Part shown: piece by piece, positions 8,364-18,050 of the stretch | Layout: each line of letters starts with the position of its first letter | How positions within the stretch are numbered: the first letter of the stretch is position 1 | DNA from: Candidatus Poriferihabitaceae bacterium | GTDB taxonomy: Bacteria; Pseudomonadota; Gammaproteobacteria; Arenicellales; Poriferihabitantaceae | DNA: 64,000 nt | Direction: 5' to 3' | Assembly (NCBI GenBank): GCA_965249835.1 | Contig: CBDFMY010000003.1 | Span: 929,979 to 993,978 of the forward strand | Position numbers and translations under genes: made by a program | The notes under the pieces: generated by a model | The model's database searches: none | Seen by the model: the letters and a program-made list of their open reading frames with translations, nothing else | What the model was told of the DNA's origin: nothing

Positions 8364-9563
8364 GTGCTTGGTTTGCATGCTTGGATTATTGTTCTGACAC
8401 TGGCACTCGGGACAGCCGTTAGCAACGGTTTTGCGCGCTTTGGCTATGGTTTGATTTTGCCCGCCATGCAATCTGATCTTGATTGGAGTTACACCATGGC
8501 CGGCTGGATTAACACAGCCAATGCGGTCGGTTATTTGATCGGTGCTCTGCTGGCTTTGTATTACAGTAATTTACTTGGACCGCTTCGCCTGTTTCGCCAT
8601 GGAATGGTGGCCACCACAGTGGCTTTGTTGCTTTCCGGCTTCACTTCCGATTTCTCAACCCTTTTTGTTTTGCGTCTGCTCGCAGGCATTGGAGGCGCAC
8701 CAGTTTTCATTTCTGGCGGTGTCATGGTAGCCACTATGTTTGCTTCCGATTCATCGAAAAATGCATTGGCTATAGCGTTATATTTCGGTGGCAGTGGGCT
8801 TGGTATACTGATTACCGCGTTATTACTTCCACCAATTATGGAAATCTGGAGTGTTGGCGCATGGCCTCATGCGTGGAAAGTGCTGGGCGGGTTATGCCTC
8901 ATTTCACTTATCCCTGCGTGGTGGGGCACGAAACAACTGAGTGATGCACCCAAGACTGACGGCAGCGGGTTTGTTTTTCCGAGTTGGCATAAATTAATTC
9001 CATCTTTGGCTGGTTACTTTCTTTTTGCCGCCGGCTACATCGTATATATGACCTTTGTAGTGGTATGGATGCGCGAGAACGGTGTCGGCGTGTGGGTGAT
9101 AGTGATTACCTGGGGCATTCTTGGCTTTGCTGTCATGCTGTCGTCGTTCGTTTGGCAACGCATCCTGGCCGCCCATGCCAATGGTTTTCCCTTGGGGTTA
9201 TCCTCAATCATGACAGGATTTGCGGTTGTATTACCTTTCGCACTTGTTGATTGGAGCGGTTTGTTAGTATCAGCATTCCTCTTCGGGCTTTCATTTTTTA
9301 TTGCACCCACCGCAGTAACCACATTCACCAAAAAGAACATACCACGCACACAGTGGGGTGCCACTGTTGCCCTCTATACCACTGTCTTTGCTGTTGGACA
9401 AACCTTGGGACCAATCGGCGCTGGGTGGCTTGCCGATGTCAGCGATAGCCTTTCCACAAGTTTGTGGGTGAGTGCTTTCGTACTATTTGCCGGTGGTGCG
9501 CTTGCTTTTTTCCAGAAATCAATTCTTGCTGAGACTCAGCCACAACAAGAAAAAAACGTCTGA
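8364..9563 (+). CDS. MFS transporter (YbfB/YjiJ-like)
   Basis: 399 aa with about 12 hydrophobic segments. The N-terminal GFARFGYGLILPAMQSDLDWSYTMAGWINTANAVGYL pattern is typical of this MFS subfamily. Confidence 0.75.
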   Translation: MLGLHAWIIVLTLALGTAVSNGFARFGYGLILPAMQSDLDWSYTMAGWINTANAVGYLIGALLALYYSNLLGPLRLFRHGMVATTVALLLSGFTSDFSTLFVLRLLAGIGGAPVFISGGVMVATMFASDSSKNALAIALYFGGSGLGILITALLLPPIMEIWSVGAWPHAWKVLGGLCLISLIPAWWGTKQLSDAPKTDGSGFVFPSWHKLIPSLAGYFLFAAGYIVYMTFVVVWMRENGVGVWVIVITWGILGFAVMLSSFVWQRILAAHANGFPLGLSSIMTGFAVVLPFALVDWSGLLVSAFLFGLSFFIAPTAVTTFTKKNIPRTQWGATVALYTTVFAVGQTLGPIGAGWLADVSDSLSTSLWVSAFVLFAGGALAFFQKSILAETQPQQEKNV

Positions 9564-9595
9564 GCAAACCGAACGACAAGACAAATGTTAAAAGG

Positions 9596-9746
9596 TTCAA
9601 GATACTTTAAGGCATAGTAGAATGGTAAGGCATAGTAGAATGGTCATAACTAATTGTTCTATAAATGAAAAACAAGATGCGCTACGAAAATATCTATCAA
9701 TATCTGCTAAAATCTATCCGAAATTGACCGCTTAAAGTATCTTGAA
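9596..9746. repeat. AT-rich segment bounded by a perfect 16-bp inverted repeat, containing an 18-bp tandem duplication
   Basis: TTCAAGATACTTTAAG at 9596-9611 and its reverse complement at 9731-9746. AAGGCATAGTAGAATGGT occurs twice in tandem (9609-9626, 9627-9644). Confidence 0.45.
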
Positions 9747-9918
9747 TCTGGAATAGTTTAGATGTCGCACGAGCAAAACGTATACTATCATTACCACAAG
9801 CAACCATAATTTGTGATATGCTATTTCACTCCAAGCCATTTACCGGCTGTTGTTGGTTAAAAGATTCACCAAAGATTTAATTCAAAAATTAACATTCAAA
9901 ACCACTAATGAGGTCATC

Positions 9919-10944
9919 ATGAAACACAATCTTTCCAAACTATCGTCGTGCCTGCTGGCATCTTTGTTGCTGGCATTCAGTTCGGCCGGCAACGCGGTCG
10001 ACCTGACGGTCTACACCGCAGTCGAGGCGGAGGATCTTAAACGTTACGCTGACACGTTTAACCAGGATCATCCCGACATCAATATAAAATGGGTGCGCGA
10101 TTCCACCGGCATCGTTACCGCCAAATTGCTGGCGGAAAAAAACAACCCGCAAGCCGATATGATCTGGGGGCTTGCCGCCACTTCGTTGTTGTTGATGAAG
10201 TCCGAGGGGATGCTGGTTCCGTACAAGCCGAAAGGGCTCGAAAATCTCGACCCGAAATTCTACGACCGCGATTCGGTGCCGAGTTGGGTCGGCATGGATG
10301 CGTGGGTTGCGGCGGTTTGCTTCAACACCGTCGAAAGCGCGAAGCACAACCTGACGGCGCCAAAATCGTGGATGGATTTGACCAAGCCGATGTATAAGGG
10401 CCATGTGATCATGCCAAACCCGAATTCATCCGGCACCGGCTTCCTCGATGTCTCCAGTTGGTTGCAAATATTCGGCGAAGAGGGCGGCTGGGCGTATATG
10501 GATGAGTTGCACGAGAACATCGCGCGCTACACCCATTCCGGCTCCAAGCCATGCAAACTCGCGGCGGCCGGAGAAATTCCCATCGGTATTTCGTTCGCGT
10601 TCCGTGGCGCCAGATCCAAAGAGGCCGGCGCGCCGATTGACATCATTATCCCAAGCGAGGGCATCGGCTGGGATATGGAAGCGACCGCGATTGTTGCCGG
10701 CACCGATAAACTCGCGGCTACGCAAACTTTGGTGGACTGGTCGATCAGCAAAAAAGCGATGGAAATGTATAACACCGCATATGCGGTGATTGGTTACAAG
10801 GGCCTGGCGAAACCGGTCAAGCATTTCCCGCCGGAGACGCTGTCAAAATTGATCGAAAACGATTTTGAATTCGCCGCCAACAACAGAAAACGAATTTTGG
10901 CGGAATGGCAAAGCCGCTACGATTCGAAATCTGATCCGAAGTAA
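9919..10944 (+). CDS. ABC transporter periplasmic substrate-binding protein (2-aminoethylphosphonate/iron(III)-type)
   Basis: Signal peptide MKHNLSKLSSCLLASLLLAFSSAGNA from ATG 9919, with GAGG upstream (track ORF starts at TTG 9850). LTVYTAVEAEDLKRY...WVRDSTGIVTAKLLAEK is like AEP-binding proteins. Context is phnW and a LysR regulator. Confidence 0.75.
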   Translation: MKHNLSKLSSCLLASLLLAFSSAGNAVDLTVYTAVEAEDLKRYADTFNQDHPDINIKWVRDSTGIVTAKLLAEKNNPQADMIWGLAATSLLLMKSEGMLVPYKPKGLENLDPKFYDRDSVPSWVGMDAWVAAVCFNTVESAKHNLTAPKSWMDLTKPMYKGHVIMPNPNSSGTGFLDVSSWLQIFGEEGGWAYMDELHENIARYTHSGSKPCKLAAAGEIPIGISFAFRGARSKEAGAPIDIIIPSEGIGWDMEATAIVAGTDKLAATQTLVDWSISKKAMEMYNTAYAVIGYKGLAKPVKHFPPETLSKLIENDFEFAANNRKRILAEWQSRYDSKSDPK

Positions 10945-10965
10945 TCAACTTCCTCTGTGCAATTC

Positions 10966-11000
10966 GGCCTGACCGTTTCTCTGGTCAGGCCGTTTCTTTT
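10966..11000 (+). terminator. intrinsic terminator/attenuator between binding-protein and ATPase genes
   Basis: GGCCTGACC-gtttctct-GGTCAGGCC followed by GTTTCTTTT. Confidence 0.6.
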
Positions 11001-11055
11001 GCGGTATGCTCCGCCGCGCACTGTTGAGCGTTTCAACCTCTGGCAATAAGTCTGC

Positions 11056-12177
11056 ATGAATCAACCGCAAACCACCGACTCTCCCCGCCCAACGCCCTTT
11101 CTGCAGATTGACCGGCTGCGAAAAAAGTTCGGTGATTTTGTCGCGCTGGACGATGTGTCGCTGGATGTATTTGAAGGTGAGTTTGTGTGCTTCCTGGGAC
11201 CGTCGGGTTGCGGCAAAACCACTTTTCTGCGCGCTATCGCCGGCCTGGATATTCAGACTGCCGGCACCGTGCATCAGGCCGGCAAGGACATCTCGGCGTT
11301 GCCGCCTTCGGAGCGGGATTTCGGCATTGTGTTTCAATCTTACGCGCTGTTTCCCAATCTGACGGTTGCCAAAAACATCGCCTTTGGGTTGGAGAATCAG
11401 AAGCTCAGCAAGCCCGACATCGCCAGGCGCGTGACCGAGTTGCTCGAACTAGTCAACCTTCCCGATCAAGCGAAAAAATATCCGGCGCAACTGTCCGGCG
11501 GCGAGCAACAACGGGTTGCCCTGACCAGAGCGTTGGCGACCTCTCCGGGCTTGTTACTGCTCGACGAGCCGCTTTCAGCGCTCGACGCGAAAGTGCGCAC
11601 CTATCTGCGCCACGAAATGAAGACGTTACAACGGCGACTGGGAGTCACCACCATCATGGTCACGCACGACCAGGAGGAGGCGTTGACCATGGCCGACCGT
11701 ATCGTGGTGATGAATCACGGCGTGATCGAGCAGGTCGGCACGCCGACTGAAATCTACCGCCGGCCCGACACATTATTCGTGGCTGACTTCATTGGCGAGA
11801 TGAATCAGGTCGCCGGACGCGCTGTAAGCGGTGATTGTTGCGCGGTCGGGGAGTGCACATTAGCCACCAGGCCATTCGATTTGCGCTCGGAGCAACCCGT
11901 GGTCGTCGCCATTCGTCCCGAAGATATCGTTCCGCACGGTGCGGGCGCGCCCGACGATGTCGAGCGCGCCGAAAACACCTTCGCCGCCGCCGTCGAAACT
12001 ATGGAGTTTTTGGGATCGTTTTGGCGCGTGTCATTGAACAGCCGCACGCTGGGAAATGCAGCGCTGACGGCCGACATGTCGATCAACGCGGTGCGGCGCA
12101 TGAACATCGCCATCGGGGAATCCATTACAGTGGAGTTGCCGGCAAAGCGCATTTTGGTATTCCCGGCGGGGCGGTAG
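11056..12177 (+). CDS. ABC transporter ATP-binding protein (AEP/iron-type importer)
   Basis: Walker A GPSGCGKT, signature LSGGEQQRV, Walker B LLLLDEP, C-terminal TOBE-like region. Confidence 0.85.
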   Translation: MNQPQTTDSPRPTPFLQIDRLRKKFGDFVALDDVSLDVFEGEFVCFLGPSGCGKTTFLRAIAGLDIQTAGTVHQAGKDISALPPSERDFGIVFQSYALFPNLTVAKNIAFGLENQKLSKPDIARRVTELLELVNLPDQAKKYPAQLSGGEQQRVALTRALATSPGLLLLDEPLSALDAKVRTYLRHEMKTLQRRLGVTTIMVTHDQEEALTMADRIVVMNHGVIEQVGTPTEIYRRPDTLFVADFIGEMNQVAGRAVSGDCCAVGECTLATRPFDLRSEQPVVVAIRPEDIVPHGAGAPDDVERAENTFAAAVETMEFLGSFWRVSLNSRTLGNAALTADMSINAVRRMNIAIGESITVELPAKRILVFPAGR

Positions 12178-12186
12178 CAACGCATC

Positions 12187-14202
12187 ATGGCAAGTGCCGC
12201 TCAAGCAGTCAATGCCGCCGCCGCTCCGGTAATCCGCCCTAAAACCAGCAGGGACGACAAAATAATGATCGGCTATATGCTGGTCGTCGGGCTGTATCTG
12301 GTTATCGCGCTGGCGCTTCCGCTGTATGCGATGCTGTCGAAATCCGTTTCGACCTTTTATTTCGATCTGAACAATTTTGAATTCCAGGTCAATAACGGCG
12401 ATGGTTGGAGTGCGCCGGCGACCGCGTTCGCGCTCAATGAAAAATTACAGGCGGTGCAACCCGAGCAGCTCGTAACCAGCTCCGACGGCAGACTCGCCGC
12501 TACCGTTTTTTTCCCGGACTTCAGTTTTCGCGGCCCGATCCGATACAAAATTCGCCAAATCAGCCCGGACAGCTCCTTTCTTGTCGGCAGCAAGCGGGTT
12601 GCGGATACCGAGTGGCATGAGTTTGAGTCGAACACATTCAGGCGCATTTACCTGCGCGCTTCGCGCTCGACCGGGCTGAACAACTACCGCATTTATTTCT
12701 CGACTCCGGCGCTTTTTCTATCGATGAAAAATTCGCTGATCATTTCGTTGATCAGCACGCTCATCACCGTCAGCCTGGCATTCGGTTTTGCCTACGCGCT
12801 GACGCGCAGCACCATGAGATTCAAGGGATTGTTTCGGATTATTGCCATGGCGCCGATTCTGGTGCCATCGTTGCTACCCGGCATCGCGCTGGTTTATCTG
12901 TTCGGCAATCAGGGCATGTTAAAAGAACTGTTGCTCGGCGAGTCGATTTACGGACCCATCGGCATTGTCATCGGTTCGGTGTTTTTCACCTTTCCGCACG
13001 CGATGATCATCATCACAACCGCGTTGAGCCTCTCCGACGCCCGGCTTTATGAAGCCGCGATTTCCCTGCGCGCCAGCCGTTGGAAAATATTCTGGACGGT
13101 AACTATCCCCGGTGCTCGCTACGGTTTGTTCTCGGCCGCATTCGTGGTTTTCAATCTGGTGATCACGGATTTTGGTTTGCCCAAAGTGATCGGCGGTCAA
13201 TACAACATGCTCGCGGTCGATATTTATAAACAAGTGATCGGCCAACAAAACTTTGAAATGGGTGCGGTGGTCTCGGTTGTCTTGTTGATACCGGCGCTGT
13301 TGGCATTCTCCATCGACCGCGTGGTACAGAAAAAGCAGGTCGCGCAACTCTCGGCGCGGTCGGTGCCCTATGAGCCAAAGCCGCACAAACAATTTGATTT
13401 GCTTTGTCTGGGTTACTGCGTGCTGGTGACCGTATTTATCGCCGGACTGATCGGCGTTTGTCAGTATGCGGCGCTGATCAAATTTTGGCCTTATGATTTA
13501 AGCCTTAGTTTGAACAACTACAATTTTGACGTGATGGACGGCGGCGGTTGGGTTTCCTGGTCCAACTCCATTCGCTTGGCGCTATACACCGCGGTTGCGG
13601 GCACCATCATCGTTTTCTGCGGCGCCTATATGGTGGAGAAAACCAATAGATTCGTCGCCACCCGCTCGGCCTTTCAATTTCTTGCGATGATGCCGATGGC
13701 AATTCCCGGCATGGTGCTTGGCCTGGCGTACATCTTTTTCTTTAACAATCCAGCCAACCCGCTAAACGGAATCTACGCGACCATGGGCATTCTGGTGGTT
13801 TGCACGGTGACTCACTTTTACACGGTCTCGCATTTAACCGCAATCACCGCACTGAAACAAATGGACCGGGAATTCGAGTCGGTTGCCTCGTCGCTGAAGC
13901 AACCTTTCTACAAACTGTTCTCGAAAGTCACCGTCCCGGTCTGCCTGCCGTCGGTGCTGGACATTTCGATTTACCTGTTCGTTAATGCCATGACCACCGT
14001 GTCGGCGGTGATATTTCTATACGGGCCCGACACCGCCCTGGCATCGGTTGCGGTGCTTAACATGGACGACGCCGGCGATATCGCCCCGGCCGCGGCCATG
14101 GGGATGATGATTTTTTACTCCAATGTGTGCGCACGGCTGATACATCTTTTCGTTACCCGCAAGGTTGTGCGCAGAACTCAGGCGTGGCGTGTGCGTGAGT
14201 GA
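12187..14202 (+). CDS. ABC transporter permease, fused double-domain
   Basis: 671 aa with two tandem binding-protein-dependent permease modules (about 12 TM). Same operon as 9919..12177. Confidence 0.85.
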   Translation: MASAAQAVNAAAAPVIRPKTSRDDKIMIGYMLVVGLYLVIALALPLYAMLSKSVSTFYFDLNNFEFQVNNGDGWSAPATAFALNEKLQAVQPEQLVTSSDGRLAATVFFPDFSFRGPIRYKIRQISPDSSFLVGSKRVADTEWHEFESNTFRRIYLRASRSTGLNNYRIYFSTPALFLSMKNSLIISLISTLITVSLAFGFAYALTRSTMRFKGLFRIIAMAPILVPSLLPGIALVYLFGNQGMLKELLLGESIYGPIGIVIGSVFFTFPHAMIIITTALSLSDARLYEAAISLRASRWKIFWTVTIPGARYGLFSAAFVVFNLVITDFGLPKVIGGQYNMLAVDIYKQVIGQQNFEMGAVVSVVLLIPALLAFSIDRVVQKKQVAQLSARSVPYEPKPHKQFDLLCLGYCVLVTVFIAGLIGVCQYAALIKFWPYDLSLSLNNYNFDVMDGGGWVSWSNSIRLALYTAVAGTIIVFCGAYMVEKTNRFVATRSAFQFLAMMPMAIPGMVLGLAYIFFFNNPANPLNGIYATMGILVVCTVTHFYTVSHLTAITALKQMDREFESVASSLKQPFYKLFSKVTVPVCLPSVLDISIYLFVNAMTTVSAVIFLYGPDTALASVAVLNMDDAGDIAPAAAMGMMIFYSNVCARLIHLFVTRKVVRRTQAWRVRE

Positions 14203-14211
14203 TTCGCTTGC

Positions 14212-14259
14212 GCTTGCCTTTTCGTCGCCATGTTGCGTTGCGCAACAAAGCATGGCGAC
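14212..14259. repeat. Repeat family B, palindromic partial copy (probable bidirectional terminator)
   Basis: GCTTGCCTTTTCGTCGCCATG matches the 5' end of family B. GTCGCCATG...CATGGCGAC forms a hairpin between the convergent permease and LysR genes. Confidence 0.5.
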
Positions 14260-14289
14260 CCCATGAAAATAAAAGCGGGGCAAGCGTGG

Positions 14290-15168
14290 TCACTCGCCAA
14301 GATCATCCGCCACCAACTCAAGAAAAGCACGAGTCACCCGCACCGAACGGCCCTGTTTGCGGCAGATGGCGAATTCCGAGTGGGTCAGGTCGGCATTGTG
14401 TATCTTGAGCGAGCGGAATCGGAGGTCGTTGCCTAACTCGTTTTCCGAGACCACGCCGACGCCGAATCCGGCGGCTACGGCTTCGCGCACGCCTTCGCGG
14501 CTGCTGATTTCCATGCGCTCGGTCAGTTCCACGCCGCAGTCCGACAATGCCTTTTCAAAAATCGCGCGGGTGCGCGAGCCCGGTTCGCGCACGATGATTC
14601 GTTGACCGACCAATTCTTCGATGGCGACCGTGCGCCGCGTTGCCCACGGATGTTCGCCGCAGACGAACAAAACCAATTGATCCGATGAAAGGGGCAGGGC
14701 ATTCAGCCGCTCATCTCCGGCCGGCACATTGGGCACGATGGCGATATCGCAACGCCCGGATTCAAGCCATTTCATCACTTGTTCGGAGTTGCCATACTGG
14801 ATGGAAATCTGAATGCCGGGGTAGCGCCGCTGAAATTGGGCGAGCAACTGGGTGATGATGTAGGGCGAGTCGGCAGCCACCTTGAGTTGGCCGGTGGTCA
14901 GTCCGCGCGCGGACAGCAACAGTTGTTCGACTTCCTCCTCGTAGTGAAACAATTGCCGGGTAATTGCCAGAGCCGAGCGTCCCAACTCGGTTAGTTCGAT
15001 GTGGCGACCGTGCCGGCTGAATAGTTTTACCCCGTATCTTTCTTCCAACTCCTTGACTTGCCCCGATAGCGTCGGCTGGGTGATGTGCAGTATTTCCGCC
15101 GCTTTGGTGAAACTGCCTTGAGTGGCGACTGCGTGAAAAGAGCGCAAATGTGCGTGTGAAAGCGGCAT
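14290..15168 (-). CDS. LysR-family transcriptional regulator (phosphonate-utilisation type by context)
   Basis: N-terminal HTH LRSFHAVATQGSFTKAAEILHITQPTLSGQVKELE. Divergent from phnW. Confidence 0.85.
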   Translation of the reverse strand: MPLSHAHLRSFHAVATQGSFTKAAEILHITQPTLSGQVKELEERYGVKLFSRHGRHIELTELGRSALAITRQLFHYEEEVEQLLLSARGLTTGQLKVAADSPYIITQLLAQFQRRYPGIQISIQYGNSEQVMKWLESGRCDIAIVPNVPAGDERLNALPLSSDQLVLFVCGEHPWATRRTVAIEELVGQRIIVREPGSRTRAIFEKALSDCGVELTERMEISSREGVREAVAAGFGVGVVSENELGNDLRFRSLKIHNADLTHSEFAICRKQGRSVRVTRAFLELVADDLGE

Positions 15169-15261
15169 AATCTATCTGATTGGTCGGTCATTACTATTTG
15201 ATAAATATCAGGTGGCCGAAGTATACCTGTCAATTCACCACTACTCACAACCGATGCAAAA

Positions 15262-16410
15262 ATGAACCCACCGCTTCCCCCTCCGCACGCCGCCTCCCCC
15301 GACGGCGATCCCTGGTTGCTTACCCCCGGTCCGTTGACCACATCGAGCACGGTCAAGCAGGCGATGTTGCGCGACTACGGCTCCCGAGACAAAGGTTTTA
15401 TCGAGATCAATGCGCGGGTGTTGTCGCGCCTGGTGGACATCGTGGGCGGCGGGACAAGTCATGTGGCGGTGCCGCTCCAGGGTAGCGGCACCTTCGTGGT
15501 AGAGGCCATGCTCGGTTGTTTTGTGCCGCCCGACGGCAAGTTGCTGATTTGCGTCAATGGTGCCTACGGACACCGCATGGCGCGGATTTGCGATTACCTG
15601 AACCGGCCATACACGATTCAGGAATCCGCCGAAGACACGCCGGTGGACCCTGATCTGTTGGAGCAAACTCTTGCGTTGGACCCGGCGATCACCCATGTGG
15701 CAGTCGTATATTGCGAGACCACTTCGGGCATTCTCAACCCGCTTGCGGCCATCGCCGAGCGGGTGGCCAGGTGCGGGCGGCGGTTGCTGATTGATGCCAT
15801 GAGCGTGTTTGGTGCGCTGCCGCTGGATTGTCGGGAAATTCCGTTTGACGCGGTGGTGGCTTCCAGCAATAAATGTCTGGAAGGCGCGCCGGGCATCGGT
15901 TATTGCATTTCCCCAGAATCGGTGCTGGCGAAAACTCGCGGCAATTCGCCTTCGCTGTCGCTGGATTTATATGACCAGTGGAGTGCCATGCAAAAAAACG
16001 GGCAATGGCGATTTACCCCGCCCACGCATGTATTGCTCGCCTTCGATCAGGCGTTGACCGAGTTTGACCAGGAAGGCGGGGTGGAAGGCCGCGGCGGGCG
16101 TTATCGAAAAAATTGTGACCTTCTGGTTGCCGGCATGCGCGTCATGGGGTTCAAGCCGCTACTGCCGGACCACTTGCAGGCACCGATTATCGTTACCTTC
16201 CACATGCCGAAAAATCCAAAATTCCGCTTTGACGATTTCTACGATGGCCTGCGCCAACGCGGCTATGTGATTTATCCGGGCAAACTCACCGTGGCCGACA
16301 GTTTTCGCATTGGCTGCATCGGCCATCTCGACCAGACGCAAATGCACGGCGCACTGGCGGCGGTTCGCAACACGCTCGATTCACATGGCATGGAAGGGCT
16401 GATCGATTAA
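15262..16410 (+). CDS. phnW: 2-aminoethylphosphonate--pyruvate transaminase
   Basis: 382-aa class V aminotransferase. The pattern LLTPGPLTTSSTVKQAMLRDYGSRDKGFIEINARV with AEP transporter context supports the call. Confidence 0.8.
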   Translation: MNPPLPPPHAASPDGDPWLLTPGPLTTSSTVKQAMLRDYGSRDKGFIEINARVLSRLVDIVGGGTSHVAVPLQGSGTFVVEAMLGCFVPPDGKLLICVNGAYGHRMARICDYLNRPYTIQESAEDTPVDPDLLEQTLALDPAITHVAVVYCETTSGILNPLAAIAERVARCGRRLLIDAMSVFGALPLDCREIPFDAVVASSNKCLEGAPGIGYCISPESVLAKTRGNSPSLSLDLYDQWSAMQKNGQWRFTPPTHVLLAFDQALTEFDQEGGVEGRGGRYRKNCDLLVAGMRVMGFKPLLPDHLQAPIIVTFHMPKNPKFRFDDFYDGLRQRGYVIYPGKLTVADSFRIGCIGHLDQTQMHGALAAVRNTLDSHGMEGLID

Positions 16411-16423
16411 TGCTCCGGCAACT

Positions 16424-18049
16424 ATGACTGCAACCAATGTCCCGCATTTTTTATTCGCGCTGAATGTGGCCGGTGGCGTCTGCCTGCTGTTGTGGGGCAG
16501 TTACACGGTGCGCATGGCGGTTGAAAAAGCATTTGCCGGGCGCATCGGCTCGCTGGTCTCCGGAGCGACCGCTTCCCGCCCACGCGCTTTCATCGGCGGC
16601 GGGATTGCCGCTTGCGCGTTGCAAAGTGCCACCGCTGCCATCCTACTCACCACCTCGTTGGTGAGTAGCGGCCTGCTACCGCTGACCACCGCCATCGCCG
16701 TCATTCTCGGTGCCGACTTGGGCTCGGCAATCGCGGTTCGCGTATTGTATCTGGATTTGTCGTTTCTGCCGCCGCTGTTGCTGTGTATCGGCCTCGGCAT
16801 GTATCGCCTGAGCGCCAACTGGCGCCACCAGCAACTGGGGCGGATTTTTCTCGGGCTGGGATTGATTCTGCTGTCTATTCAACTAATCAGGCAATCCGTT
16901 GCGCCGCTGGCAGATTCACCATCCGATGTGCTGGTGTCGGCACTCAATGCGCTTCCGTTGATCGCACTCATCATCTCGATGCTGTTCACCTGGGCGGCAC
17001 ATTCCAGCGTCGCGGTGGTGCTCATCATCGCCTCCCTTGCCGATGCCGGAATGGTCGGCACTCCGCTGTTTGCCTTTGCGGTGGTGGGCGCAAACATCGG
17101 TGCCGGATTGATCGCCCTGTTTCTCGCCAACCGGCGGCATCTCGACAGTTACAGCGCGGTGCTTGCCAATTTCCTGATGCGAACGGCGCTCGGGCTGGTG
17201 GCACTTTTGTTTGCCGGCTGGATTGAGGCACATATCGGCTGGCTGGGGACCTCCGCCGGCGCGCAAGTTATCAACGCGCACCTGACCTTCAACCTCGTGC
17301 TTGCGCTGGTGTTTGTGCCGCTCGGAAATCAGGTCGCGGTGCTTGCCAAGTGGCTCATCACTTCGCGCAACCCGGAAGAGTTGGAGAGCGGAGCGATTGC
17401 CCCCGGTGCCGGCCTCGACCCAACGCTCATCGACCAACCCAAACGGGCGTTATCCTGTGCGCGGCGCGAAGCGTTCCGCCTGGCCGACAACACCGAAGCG
17501 ATCTACGCCAGCGCGCTGTCCATGTTTGAAGCCCGCGACCGCTCAACCATCAACCAGTTTGTCGCCCGCGACCAGGAAATCAATGCACGCAACAAGGCGA
17601 TCCAGCGTTATCTTTCGGAAGTGCGCCGCCACGCCACCGAGCCCGACGACGAGACCATGCTCGATCAAATCCTGCGCTTCGCCACCACCATGGAAAACAT
17701 CGGCGATGTAATTTCCCACGGCATCGCCCGCCTCGCGCTCAAGCGCCTCGACCGCGGCGTCAAATTTTCCACCGCAGGACAAGAAGAGTTGTATTCACTG
17801 CACGCCGAAGTGCTAAAAGTCATTCAACTCGACATCACCAACTTCGCCTCCGACGACCAGTTAAGCCGCAAAGCCACCGCCGCACAAATCACCGCGGCGA
17901 TGGAACTCGCCAAGGACAGCGTTGCGCGTCATCGACGGCGTCTGAGCGAGCGCACGACCAGCAGTATTGACACCAGTTCCATCCATCAGGATACGGTTCG
18001 GGATTTGATGCAAGTGGTGCGGTGCATTGAGAACCGGGATTTGAGCTAG
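16424..18049 (+). CDS. Na/Pi cotransporter family protein with C-terminal PhoU-like domain
   Basis: 541 aa. The N-terminal half is multi-TM with duplicated Na/Pi-cotransporter segments. The C-terminal half is soluble and helical. Confidence 0.8.
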   Translation: MTATNVPHFLFALNVAGGVCLLLWGSYTVRMAVEKAFAGRIGSLVSGATASRPRAFIGGGIAACALQSATAAILLTTSLVSSGLLPLTTAIAVILGADLGSAIAVRVLYLDLSFLPPLLLCIGLGMYRLSANWRHQQLGRIFLGLGLILLSIQLIRQSVAPLADSPSDVLVSALNALPLIALIISMLFTWAAHSSVAVVLIIASLADAGMVGTPLFAFAVVGANIGAGLIALFLANRRHLDSYSAVLANFLMRTALGLVALLFAGWIEAHIGWLGTSAGAQVINAHLTFNLVLALVFVPLGNQVAVLAKWLITSRNPEELESGAIAPGAGLDPTLIDQPKRALSCARREAFRLADNTEAIYASALSMFEARDRSTINQFVARDQEINARNKAIQRYLSEVRRHATEPDDETMLDQILRFATTMENIGDVISHGIARLALKRLDRGVKFSTAGQEELYSLHAEVLKVIQLDITNFASDDQLSRKATAAQITAAMELAKDSVARHRRRLSERTTSSIDTSSIHQDTVRDLMQVVRCIENRDLS

Positions 18050-18050
18050 T

